Source of the DNA: Candidatus Woesebacteria bacterium
Lineage (GTDB): Bacteria; Patescibacteriota; Microgenomatia; UBA8517
Assembly: GCA_963784785.1 (NCBI GenBank)
Contig: CAWASW010000003.1
Location: 1 to 49,215, forward strand
Length of the DNA: 49,215 nucleotides
Reading direction: 5' to 3'
This document shows positions 10,016 to 18,585 of this stretch, one piece after another; position 1 is the stretch's first letter, and the number at the start of each line of letters is the position of its first letter. The position numbers and the translations under genes are program-made. Below the pieces are notes generated by a model. That model was not told where the DNA came from. It saw only the letters and a list, made by a program, of their open reading frames with translations, and ran no database searches.

Positions 10016-10363
10016 ATGTTCAGACGTTGGCTCTCAAAGTATTTTAGTTACTTTCTGGCAGGAGCAATCGTGATGGTTGCTGTCTATGCCATGATGTTTG
10101 AATTGACAAAATATCCATTTAATTGGAAATTTAGTTATTCAATCATTACATTGGGAATACTGAATGCAGGGCTTGCTTTTTCAGTATTTAAAAATAATTG
10201 GATGTTAGTTAAAGGAACTGCAGAACTTGCAACATGGTTGCCATGTATTGCAGTTGTATCATCCATTGTTTCATTATTGGTCAATGCAGATCCAAAACTC
10301 ACAATATTCCTTGTGATTGCAACTGGATTCGCCGAACTATTTTTGGTTTCACCTGATAAGTAA
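10016..10363 (+). CDS. Small integral membrane protein
   Basis: 115 aa with about four hydrophobic spans. GGAG precedes the ATG. Confidence 0.5.
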   Translation: MFRRWLSKYFSYFLAGAIVMVAVYAMMFELTKYPFNWKFSYSIITLGILNAGLAFSVFKNNWMLVKGTAELATWLPCIAVVSSIVSLLVNADPKLTIFLVIATGFAELFLVSPDK

Positions 10364-10398
10364 TAATAATATTTCAAATCTTACAAAAAGGAGATCCA

Positions 10399-10626
10399 AT
10401 GATAAACGATTTTAAAAACTTTCCCTCAAAGGAAAGATGGGTGATGATACGGTTGCTTTCATATCTCATCATCCTTGGAACGATTACTATTATTGTTCCT
10501 GAAGCAATTGAGTGGACGGGAACTGTTCAACTTATTTTCGCAACAACAGAGTTGATCTATGTTCTTCGTAAACCGCGTCAAAAGCCGGTAGACATGCCAC
10601 TTGAACTTGAAGACTACGATAAATGA
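10399..10626 (+). CDS. Small integral membrane protein
   Basis: 75 aa with two hydrophobic spans. AGGAG precedes the ATG. Followed by a strong terminator. Confidence 0.5.
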   Translation: MINDFKNFPSKERWVMIRLLSYLIILGTITIIVPEAIEWTGTVQLIFATTELIYVLRKPRQKPVDMPLELEDYDK

Positions 10627-10634
10627 CCACTAAA

Positions 10635-10666
10635 AACCCAATCAAAACACCGATTGGGTTTTTTTA
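10635..10666 (+). terminator. Rho-independent terminator
   Basis: AACCCAATC-N8-GATTGGGTT followed by a T-run. Confidence 0.75.
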
Positions 10667-10685
10667 ATGTCTAAAAATTTTATTT

Positions 10686-10901
10686 TTATCCCTCTCTACT
10701 TCTTAAAAAACAATGAAATTCACAACCATTACAATTGCCCACAACTTTTACTTTTTTAATATCATTCTCTTTAACTCCCAACAAGCCAGCTGCAACCTTA
10801 GTTTCTCCAAGTGATTTAATATTGTCTTTTAAACAAATTGTTTTATCACATGTTTCCTCACGAGTTACATTGTCTACTGTTATTTTTAATCCTAAAGGCA
10901 T
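10686..10901 (-). CDS. Small Cys-containing hypothetical protein
   Basis: 71 aa with a C-terminal CNGCEFHC. No family assigned. Confidence 0.35.
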   Translation of the reverse strand: MPLGLKITVDNVTREETCDKTICLKDNIKSLGETKVAAGLLGVKENDIKKVKVVGNCNGCEFHCFLRSREG

Positions 10902-11203
10902 GAAAGGTATTGTAAGCTAAAGATGATGAAATACAAATGAAGAAGTAAATTGAAGTTCTTGCAAGTTCCGATAGGTATAATTTTTTAGATTATATTGATC
11001 CTATCGGAACTGCATTTTACATACTTATCTAATATATTCAATAAACCAATATGACGACTGTCATATTATTTTCAGATCACAAAGATCTAGGTTTAGAAAA
11101 CATTGATCAGATAAGCATCTGTCTTGCAAAAATAATTTAAAATAATAGTAACAAATAATTACAGATCAAGGTGAGATTAAATCCCTCCTCAATCTTCTTC
11201 GAA

Positions 11204-11530
11204 CTACGAAAGTTCTTTATCTTCACCTTTTACAGTGTCGAGATTATTTCGCCTGATTGTTTCTGATTTTCTGATCGTAACGTCATACATAAGAATTCCT
11301 GCAAGCAAGAACTCTACAAATGCAGCCGCCACGATTTGCCAAAATTCATTCCAGATAATCTGCCCAAACGCTTGAATAAGCGATAAAAGAGCAACTTCTG
11401 CAACGAAGATTGTGAAGAATAACAGGAACGCATGTTCCTTTGTTTCACTCTTGCTTTTAATTGTTGATTTGATCAACCCACCAAGTGCAAGCGAAAACAC
11501 AATTCCAATCATCCAATATATAATGTTCAC
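11204..11530 (-). CDS. Integral membrane protein
   Basis: 108 aa with three hydrophobic spans. GGAG upstream. Confidence 0.5.
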   Translation of the reverse strand: MNIIYWMIGIVFSLALGGLIKSTIKSKSETKEHAFLLFFTIFVAEVALLSLIQAFGQIIWNEFWQIVAAAFVEFLLAGILMYDVTIRKSETIRRNNLDTVKGEDKELS

Positions 11531-11546
11531 TTCGGACTCCTTTTAA

Positions 11547-11924
11547 CTAGGTATTCCAGTCGTACTTGATCATGAACGAAAAAACCAATATCGGGATAAA
11601 TCCCAATATCATGAACGATGACATCGCTGCGGAGGCAATTACCCACCAAGCCATGCCAAAGCCCAATGTTAGAAATGTTGCAAACGCCCAGAGAAGGAAA
11701 AACCTTCTTTTCCCGAACGATGCTTGGTCCATGTAAACCGCGAGAATTCCAGATAACGCCACTAAGAACCCAGAGGGTAACAGTTTTACAACATCTGCAA
11801 AACCAAAATCCTCAGGCAATCTTTCAGTGGGCGACACCAAAGTTCCAACGATGATTGCATAGACAACAATTGCTAACAGTAACACTGTGAAGAACTTACC
11901 GAACCGATTCAGTTTGTGTTCCAT
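11547..11924 (-). CDS. Integral membrane protein
   Basis: 125 aa with four hydrophobic spans, adjacent to the previous gene. Confidence 0.5.
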   Translation of the reverse strand: MEHKLNRFGKFFTVLLLAIVVYAIIVGTLVSPTERLPEDFGFADVVKLLPSGFLVALSGILAVYMDQASFGKRRFFLLWAFATFLTLGFGMAWWVIASAAMSSFMILGFIPILVFSFMIKYDWNT

Positions 11925-12206
11925 TTTCTTCTCCTTATATAATGTTTGAACTTACCAAGTCCAGACATAGTTTAAATATGCCCAGAATTGGCAAGTCCAA
12001 TTCATATTGAGAAATTATTTTGCAAGACTGTTAAAGAGCAAATTTAGCTTTAAATAACACTGCAATAGTGTGTTTAAAGTACTAAAAGATTAGCACAGAA
12101 AAGGTCAAAAGTCAATATTATGGGGTACTTCAAAAGTACCACATAAGGTCCCCTTATAGGGTATTGCTTCTCAATTCCCCTAGTACTAATATTTAAATAT
12201 GCTGCT

Positions 12207-12494
12207 ATGAAAAATGAAGAAAATAGTTCTCCTGTAATTAACAAAGACACTTCAGAAGCAGTTGTTTCAGTCAGAAGTGTAACTGCTAAAAAACAAATTA
12301 GAGATTCAGAAGGTAGGTTTATTAAAGAAGGTGAAGTAAGCGTTCCTGCAATTTCCTTTTCAACTTCACAGAATCAAAATGTAAAAACTGGTGATGTACC
12401 TGATTTAGTTAGTTTAAAAGTTACTAACCCTCTTGTTTATATCAAAGCATGGTGGAAAAAGATAATGGCTAATGAAGGACTAGAGTATGAATAG
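12207..12494 (+). CDS. Hypothetical protein
   Basis: 95-aa ORF that ends exactly at the hairpin of the IS200-like element. Confidence 0.4.
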   Translation: MKNEENSSPVINKDTSEAVVSVRSVTAKKQIRDSEGRFIKEGEVSVPAISFSTSQNQNVKTGDVPDLVSLKVTNPLVYIKAWWKKIMANEGLEYE

Positions 12495-12495
12495 A

Positions 12496-13013
12496 CCCAC
12501 GACCTGACGGTCGGGGTTTCATTAGAACACAAACAGAGTTTGCCCTGCATCTTTTTTACCTTGGTTTTCTATGTACCTCTCTATCACACTTTTGTTTATT
12601 CCCACAGTTGATACAAAGTAGCCTTCAGACCATATTGATTCAGTCCCCCAGTACACATTTTTAAGGAATGGGAATTTTTGTTTTAAGAACCTAGCTGTAT
12701 TTTGTTTAATAATTCCTACAACTTTACCAACTGCAATAGTTGGCGGAATGGAAACAAGAAGGTGTAAATGATCTTTGTCATGATTTACTTCCTTAATATT
12801 TATCATTGGGTAATGTTCCTTAATTTCCGCCAACTTAATATCAAAGTATGCAAAAATTCCTTCATTAAAAATGTTCTTTCTGTACTTAGTGGCTATGACT
12901 ATGTGGTAATCACATTGGTACACGCAGTGTGATATGTAAATAAAGTCCATACATATATTTTACAACCAAAAAAGCTGCAGGGGTAACTCCATCCCACGAC
13001 CTTACGGTCGGGG
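12496..13013 (-). mobile_element. Second, unrelated IS200-type element
   Basis: A tnpA gene flanked by near-identical hairpins in direct orientation: CCCACGACCTGACGGTCGGGG (12496..12516) and CCCACGACCTTACGGTCGGGG (12993..13013). Confidence 0.7.
12522..12950 (-). CDS. tnpA: IS200/IS605-family Y1 transposase TnpA (divergent from the 144-aa copies)
   Basis: 142 aa. HLHLLVSIP (HUH) and SEGYFVSTVG (Tyr region). Confidence 0.85.
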   Translation of the reverse strand: MDFIYISHCVYQCDYHIVIATKYRKNIFNEGIFAYFDIKLAEIKEHYPMINIKEVNHDKDHLHLLVSIPPTIAVGKVVGIIKQNTARFLKQKFPFLKNVYWGTESIWSEGYFVSTVGINKSVIERYIENQGKKDAGQTLFVF

Positions 13014-13019
13014 ATTTAA

Positions 13020-13538
13020 GTGAGGAAGGTTAAATTCAAAGCCAAACCAATTACTGCAATTGCCATATCAGTTGCTTTATTCTCACTTGTTTTTGGATTA
13101 GGTGGAGTTGTATTCCCTACACTTTTCCCATTTTTAAATATTAATAATACAAATGAGGTTGTAGCTACAGATTCTCCAACACCAAGTTCTGATTGGAGAG
13201 AAACTGCATTAAAAGGAACCCTGAAGAAAACAACAAGTGTACCAATTAAATTCTTTCTTTTAACTTCCTCAGATGAAGCAGTTACATTACAAGCTCCTGA
13301 TTATATTACACTAGACAAACTAATTGGGAAAAGAATACTAGCAACTGGCAACTACTCACAAAAACAAAAACTTTTAATTATCCAAGATGTACAAGACCTA
13401 GAAGTTTTATCAACCACTCCCATTCCAATACCAACATCAACCCCAACAATTGCACCAACACAGACACCAACGCCTATTCCTACACCTATGCCTACAGTAG
13501 AACCAACCACTGTTTCAACAGAAACTCCAATAATTTAA
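13020..13538 (+). CDS. Membrane-anchored protein with a Thr/Pro-rich C-terminus (GTG start)
   Basis: 172 aa. N-terminal TM segment ITAIAISVALFSLVFGLGGVVF and a C-terminal TPIPIPTSTPTIAPTQTPTPIPTP low-complexity region. Confidence 0.5.
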   Translation: MRKVKFKAKPITAIAISVALFSLVFGLGGVVFPTLFPFLNINNTNEVVATDSPTPSSDWRETALKGTLKKTTSVPIKFFLLTSSDEAVTLQAPDYITLDKLIGKRILATGNYSQKQKLLIIQDVQDLEVLSTTPIPIPTSTPTIAPTQTPTPIPTPMPTVEPTTVSTETPII

Positions 13539-13558
13539 TTTGTAGTATAATAAACAAT

Positions 13559-14195
13559 ATGGACAGCGAAGACAGGCTCGATCAAAACATGAATGAGTTT
13601 TACGACGCAGATACCCATGTTTCTACGTGGGCTGATGTTTACTTCAATAATAAAGACGGTATATCAGAGATTGATCGAGGTGATATAAGAACCTTTTTCG
13701 AATATTGTGGTGCTACAGATAAGATTGAGCCAGAATTAAGAGAAAAGTTTTCTGCAAAGCATTATGGAAACAAATCCCGATCAGAAGCTATGGAAGCTGT
13801 ATGGGGGGGACAAATATAAAGAATATAGAGAATTTTGTAATAAATATATTGCTGAATATGAAGAACGAACAGGCAAGGAATTACCAAAAGTTGAATTTAA
13901 GCATGATGATAAACCTTCAACTTTTTCGAAAACAGAAGGCATGAGAGGATTCTTTGCAGATTTAACTGCATATTCTTTTGCTGACACAAACGAATACAAA
14001 TTTGAAACTTTAGATTTAGTTACAAGAGCCAGATTAAATAATGGTAAGGCAAGAGAAGATGGAACAAAGACAGAAAGATTTAGAGTTACCATCGAGGGTT
14101 ACAATAAAAACAAATCTTTTGAACCTGCAGGTTTTCCGCCTGATTTTCCTGAAAAAGCCTTAAGTTTTGTTCGTACTTGGAGTAGTGTTAAATAA
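13559..14195 (+). pseudogene. Hypothetical gene split by a +/-1 frameshift at a G7 tract
   Basis: ORFs 13559..13819 and 13764..14195 overlap in different frames across GGGGGGG (13803..13809). Removing one G fuses ...EAMEAVWGG to DKYKEYREF.... Confidence 0.45.
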
Positions 14196-14241
14196 TATTG
14201 ACCCCTTAGTTTAAGCTAACTCATTTATATATCCTATAACA

Positions 14242-14270
14242 TTGACAAATGGCTATTTTTATGCTATTCT
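14242..14270 (+). promoter_or_regulatory. Sigma70-like promoter
   Basis: TTGACA-17 nt-TATTCT, about 200 nt upstream of the 14476 gene. Confidence 0.4.
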
Positions 14271-14475
14271 GACTTCATAAATTTGGAGAAATTTCAGGTT
14301 CAATTTGCACCTAACTATTTCTCCTCTTTTTATTTATCTTGTACTTTAACAACTTCAAGATTTGAATTTTGAGATGAAGCTAACATTAAGAGTTTGTTAC
14401 AAACTAACAAATTTTTACAGTTAGTTTTGTCGAAATTTTCATATTCAATTAAAAATCAAACAAGGAGATGTCAGA

Positions 14476-15648
14476 ATGAGTAAGAGAAAGTTTGTAGTGC
14501 TTGCGTGGGACTGTGCAAATTGTGGAACGGAAAATCCCGGACCTAAGAAAACTTGCACACAATGTGGAAGCCCGCAACCAGAGGGAGTTAAATTTCATAC
14601 TCCGACTGGCGGATTCAAGGAAGTCACCGATTCTAAACAAATCGAAGAGGCCGAACGTGGTCCTGATGTTCATTGTCCGTTTTGTGGCACACGAAATGCC
14701 GATGGATCAGTGAAATGCACTCAATGTGGAGGAGAACTCAAGGGTGGCAAACGCAGAAAAACAGGTGATAGACCGGATACTGATCAGGATGAAGGAATTG
14801 ATAACGGCGAATACACAAAGAGCGAGGATCCAGAAACTGGATTGGTCTCTGATGTGTTGCCTTCTGTATCTTCTTACTCACCTGCTCGCTATTCATTACC
14901 TACACTTGATCGAACCAACGTTGTTGAAACTCTGCAAACTGCTATTAACAGCAGAGTGGTTCAGGTTGGAGGCTTGATTGCCATCGTAGCGCTTTGTTCG
15001 TGGCTCATCTGGATGCTTTTTTTCAATACGACCGTTGTACCTGTTACCTTAAATAATTTTCATTGGGAATTAAACATCCCTGTTGAAGAATATCTTTGGG
15101 TAGATGAATCAGGTTGGTCAGTTCCTGCGGGTGGCATCGAAACGAGTAGTGAAGAACGCACCACAGGTTATGAACAAAAGCAATCATGTGAACTTGTTTC
15201 AAAACGTGAACAGGTTGGCACGGAAGCATGCAATGGTCGTATGAAAGATCGTGGCAATGGATATGCCGAATGGGTCGAAGATCAATGCCCCAAGTACGAA
15301 GATAGACAAGTAAACGAATGTAAAATGGTTGACGATTACAGTCGCCCAATAAAACAAACGTATTACTACTATCGCATACAGAAATGGATTGTAACTCGCA
15401 ATGTTCCCGCGTCCGGCGATGATAATAATCCTGTTTGGCCTCCTGTTCTACTTTCACAAGGTGAACGCGAAGGTTTTCGCAGTCAGTTTTTCACCGTGTA
15501 TTACACTGATGAAAAAGGCGAAGGTCATTCACTCACAAGTATGGATTGGGATTGGTTTACCAGTCTATATTCTGGACAAGTTTGTCATGCTGACCGCAAT
15601 GGTTTCGGTGGGTTAAACCTCGGAATTGATTGCAGTCCTCAGCAATAA
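14476..15648 (+). CDS. Double zinc-ribbon membrane protein
   Basis: CANCGTEN...CTQCG and CPFCGTRN...CTQCG motifs, then the TM segment VGGLIAIVALCSWLIWMLFF and a Cys-containing ectodomain. GGAG upstream. Confidence 0.65.
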   Translation: MSKRKFVVLAWDCANCGTENPGPKKTCTQCGSPQPEGVKFHTPTGGFKEVTDSKQIEEAERGPDVHCPFCGTRNADGSVKCTQCGGELKGGKRRKTGDRPDTDQDEGIDNGEYTKSEDPETGLVSDVLPSVSSYSPARYSLPTLDRTNVVETLQTAINSRVVQVGGLIAIVALCSWLIWMLFFNTTVVPVTLNNFHWELNIPVEEYLWVDESGWSVPAGGIETSSEERTTGYEQKQSCELVSKREQVGTEACNGRMKDRGNGYAEWVEDQCPKYEDRQVNECKMVDDYSRPIKQTYYYYRIQKWIVTRNVPASGDDNNPVWPPVLLSQGEREGFRSQFFTVYYTDEKGEGHSLTSMDWDWFTSLYSGQVCHADRNGFGGLNLGIDCSPQQ

Positions 15649-15778
15649 ACCAAAAATAATTGAATATCTTGAAGCCTAGCGTGCAAACCACTCACATCTC
15701 CCAAGATGAAGAAGTTTGCACGTCCTTATATAGCTGTGTAGCTATACTGATGAGCTCAAAAAAGCGAAAAGGAAAAAT

Positions 15779-16768
15779 TTAAAAAGGCGGTTCTATCTCT
15801 TCTGACGATTCCATTTCTTCTTCGAGCATTTTGCTCATGAGTGATGAATATTCGTAACTATCAATAATTTTAGTTTTATTTTCAAGTAGTTTTTCATAGA
15901 ATTCTTTTACGTCTGAATCAGTTAAAATTGAATAAATCTGTGAGTTATTAATTGCAATTGATACTAATTCTCGTATCTGTTCATCAGTATAGCTAACATA
16001 TTTAGATAGCTTCGAGACAATTGCGTGCGATGACACAAAATTTGGACTGTTTCTTAATTTTAAAATTAAATTATTTTTGTCTTCCTCGACTTTAAGTTGT
16101 ATGTTCTTGTGATGTTCGCCAAAGAAATCTGATAATTTTATATAGAAAAATATTTTAGATTTTTTCTTCGTTTCCCATTCTTCAATTAAAAATGAATTCA
16201 GTAACGATCCATCTAGTGGAGATTTGAAATCTTTATCGTCACTAATAAAAAACAGGTCTTGATTATCTTCTAATTCGGATAACATCGTAACCCAATTTAC
16301 TGAGTCGCCATATGAACCTTGTTTGCCTGGTGGATTACCTAATTCATATCTAGTTTTTGCATCGTTATAATATTTTTCTGAATCAATTATTTGTGAAATT
16401 CCGAACAACTCATTTATTATTTCATCGGCTTTTAAAGTTCGTTTGTTTATATCGTTTTGTAGTTTTTCATCAAGGCTGTTTTTTAGTATTCTGAATTCTT
16501 TTAATACCTCTTTAATTTTTACAAACTCATCGTAAGATTTACAAATTTGAGGCAGGTTAATATCTATTTTTGAATCCTTAAATTTACCATACGCATCAGC
16601 GACTTTGTTATCTCTATTTCTTTTGACCTCGTCTATTATTTGTGAGGTAACTACAAGATTTATTTCGCCTTTTTTGATTAGAACAATCAATTTTTTAAGT
16701 TCATCAAGATCATCATTTGAGAAGTGGTAAAAATCAAGAAAGATATTGGCATCTACAAATAAATTCAT
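15779..16768 (-). CDS. PIN-like domain protein (DUF4935-like)
   Basis: The N-terminal MNLFVDANIFLDFY resembles the first acidic motif of PIN-like domains. The rest was not recognised. Confidence 0.45.
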   Translation of the reverse strand: MNLFVDANIFLDFYHFSNDDLDELKKLIVLIKKGEINLVVTSQIIDEVKRNRDNKVADAYGKFKDSKIDINLPQICKSYDEFVKIKEVLKEFRILKNSLDEKLQNDINKRTLKADEIINELFGISQIIDSEKYYNDAKTRYELGNPPGKQGSYGDSVNWVTMLSELEDNQDLFFISDDKDFKSPLDGSLLNSFLIEEWETKKKSKIFFYIKLSDFFGEHHKNIQLKVEEDKNNLILKLRNSPNFVSSHAIVSKLSKYVSYTDEQIRELVSIAINNSQIYSILTDSDVKEFYEKLLENKTKIIDSYEYSSLMSKMLEEEMESSEEIEPPF

Positions 16769-16830
16769 ATACGGCTATTTTACCACCAAGTTATTGAAAT
16801 TGTTTTTTGAAAGGTGTAAAAATAATTAAG

Positions 16831-16962
16831 GTGACAAAAGTTCAAATAAAAGAGCCAAAGGTAGTTAAACTCAATGATTTTTGGAGTAACTTCATTCTTT
16901 GGTTTGCTGCATTTGGTCTTGGAATAACAGTCAATATAATTATTAACTTTTTCAGAAGATGA
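16831..16962 (+). CDS. Possible small TM protein (GTG start) translationally coupled to the nuclease gene
   Basis: Hand translation gives VTKVQIKEPKVVKLNDFWSNFILWFAAFGLGITVNIIINFFRR, with its TGA overlapping the ATG of 16959 (ATGA). Not in the ATG-based ORF track. Confidence 0.25.
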   Translation: MTKVQIKEPKVVKLNDFWSNFILWFAAFGLGITVNIIINFFRR

Positions 16963-17480
16963 GTAACAACAAATTTGTTTTAGTTCCAATAGAGCTTCTT
17001 AAAAATTTAAAAGAACTTGCGAAAGATACAGAATATGAAGATGATGTAAGAAAAGTACTTGATTCAAGAGAAGCTATTGAGAATCATGATATAACTAAAT
17101 TACCAAAAACCGCAGTTGTTAAAAAAGTCATCGATGGAGACACTGTGGAGTTATTTAACGGCCTTGTACTTAGATATGTGGGAATGACTGCACCTGAAAC
17201 TGGAGAACCTTTTGAAAAAGAATCTACAGAGGCAAATCGAGACTTAGTTGAAGGCAAAGAAATAAAATTAAAATATGATAACTACACCTCAGACAAATTT
17301 GGCAGAATTCTTGCATACCCAATACTTCAAGATGGAACAAATGTATCAATTGAGTTAGTTAAAAAAGGTATGGCTGAATTAGTAATTTACCAAAAGCGGA
17401 AGCCATTTATTCATCAAGTTCAACTTTTAGAAGCACAAGAACAAGCAAATAAAAATAAGATAGGTATTTGGAAAAAATAA
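16959..17480 (+). CDS. Thermonuclease (staphylococcal nuclease/SNase-like)
   Basis: VIDGDTVEL...VLRYVGMTAPE...DKFGRILAY...GMAELVIY match the SNase fold motifs. Confidence 0.75.
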   Translation: MSNNKFVLVPIELLKNLKELAKDTEYEDDVRKVLDSREAIENHDITKLPKTAVVKKVIDGDTVELFNGLVLRYVGMTAPETGEPFEKESTEANRDLVEGKEIKLKYDNYTSDKFGRILAYPILQDGTNVSIELVKKGMAELVIYQKRKPFIHQVQLLEAQEQANKNKIGIWKK

Positions 17481-17505
17481 AAACTGATATAATCTTCACA
17501 AACAA

Positions 17506-18114
17506 ATGAAAAAACTAATCTTTGGAACCACAAATGAAGCAAAGATAAAACAAATTAGGGGTGCTTTGGCTCCTGCTGGTATTTATGTGAATGGAGTTCT
17601 TGATAAAAGTATGTTGCCAGAAGTTATTGAAGACGGAAAAACAGCAAATGAAAATGCAAGGAAAAAAGCAATTGCATATGCAAAAGTGTTAAGGAAGACA
17701 GTCTTTTCAATGGATGTTGCAGTTTATATAGATGGTTTATCTGAAGAATTACAACCAGCACTAAATGTTAGAAGAATCCCAAACAGTGTTGGACGCCCAT
17801 CAGATGAAGATTTAATTAAATATTATTCTAAAATAATTGAGTCGCTTGGTGGTACGGCAACTGGAACAAGTGAATATGGAGTCTGTATTGCCACTCCAAA
17901 TGGAGAATTTAGAGAGTCAACAATAATGATTCCAAGAAAATTTGTTGTTCCTGCTAGTCCAAATCGTCAAGAGGGATACCCGCTATCATCATTAGTTGTT
18001 GATTCAGACTCAAACACATTTATGGCAGACATGAATCAAGACGAACAAGATTTATATTGGCAAAAACTTGTTGGAGATAAATTGATAAATTTTGTTAAGT
18101 CTGTGGAGTTTTAA
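17506..18114 (+). CDS. Non-canonical purine NTP pyrophosphatase-like protein (HAM1/RdgB family)
   Basis: N-terminal FGTTNEAKIKQI motif and a size of about 200 aa. Confidence 0.5.
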   Translation: MKKLIFGTTNEAKIKQIRGALAPAGIYVNGVLDKSMLPEVIEDGKTANENARKKAIAYAKVLRKTVFSMDVAVYIDGLSEELQPALNVRRIPNSVGRPSDEDLIKYYSKIIESLGGTATGTSEYGVCIATPNGEFRESTIMIPRKFVVPASPNRQEGYPLSSLVVDSDSNTFMADMNQDEQDLYWQKLVGDKLINFVKSVEF

Positions 18115-18211
18115 GAACAACAGCTTCTGTTGTATAAAATAAGTATCTTTAAGATTAAATAAGTATTTTATGTTATTAGTAAGCGTGGGCTGGGTATTAG
18201 GACATCGAACA

Positions 18212-18436
18212 CAATTGGGTTAGCGAACCCCACGAAGTGGGGTGAGCGGAGAGTCCGACCATATGGAGTTAAGCGAAGCCACGCAGTGGCTGAGCGAACA
18301 AACCCGAGTCGAGCATCCTCCAATTCCTTCCCCTTTGACCCCTCCCTTGGAGAATGCAAACGATCATGTTAAACTATGTTTGTATTTCAGACTGCGGTCT
18401 GAAAGAAAGTTCGCGCCGATTCGTAAATTGGCGCAA
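18212..18436 (-). repeat. 225-bp repeat, copy 2 (inverted relative to 7858..8082)
   Basis: See copy 1. All differences lie in 18246..18267 and at 18235. Confidence 0.9.
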
Positions 18437-18494
18437 AATCCCGAGCTGGCGGGTCGGAGCGAAGCGACGACCAAGCCATTATCCCGTCCCCTCG
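18432..18494 (+). repeat. 63-bp inverted repeat, left arm, flanking the serine recombinase gene
   Basis: CGCAAAATCCCGAGCTGGCGGGTCGGAGCGAAGCGACGACCAAGCCATTATCCCGTCCCCTCG. It is the exact reverse complement of 20035..20097. Confidence 0.9.
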
Positions 18495-18585
18495 AACAAG
18501 CACAAACAACACAATAAGGAAGCAAAATATTGCGATATTTTGACCACTTGATTTGGTTTATTTACGGGCGTATAAATGATAGTAG

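Noticed and set aside
18242-18551. ORFs 18242..18517 and 18354..18551 across the 225-bp repeat and the 63-bp repeat
   Set aside because: They are read-through of repeat DNA, with Pro/Arg/Ser-rich translations and no start context.
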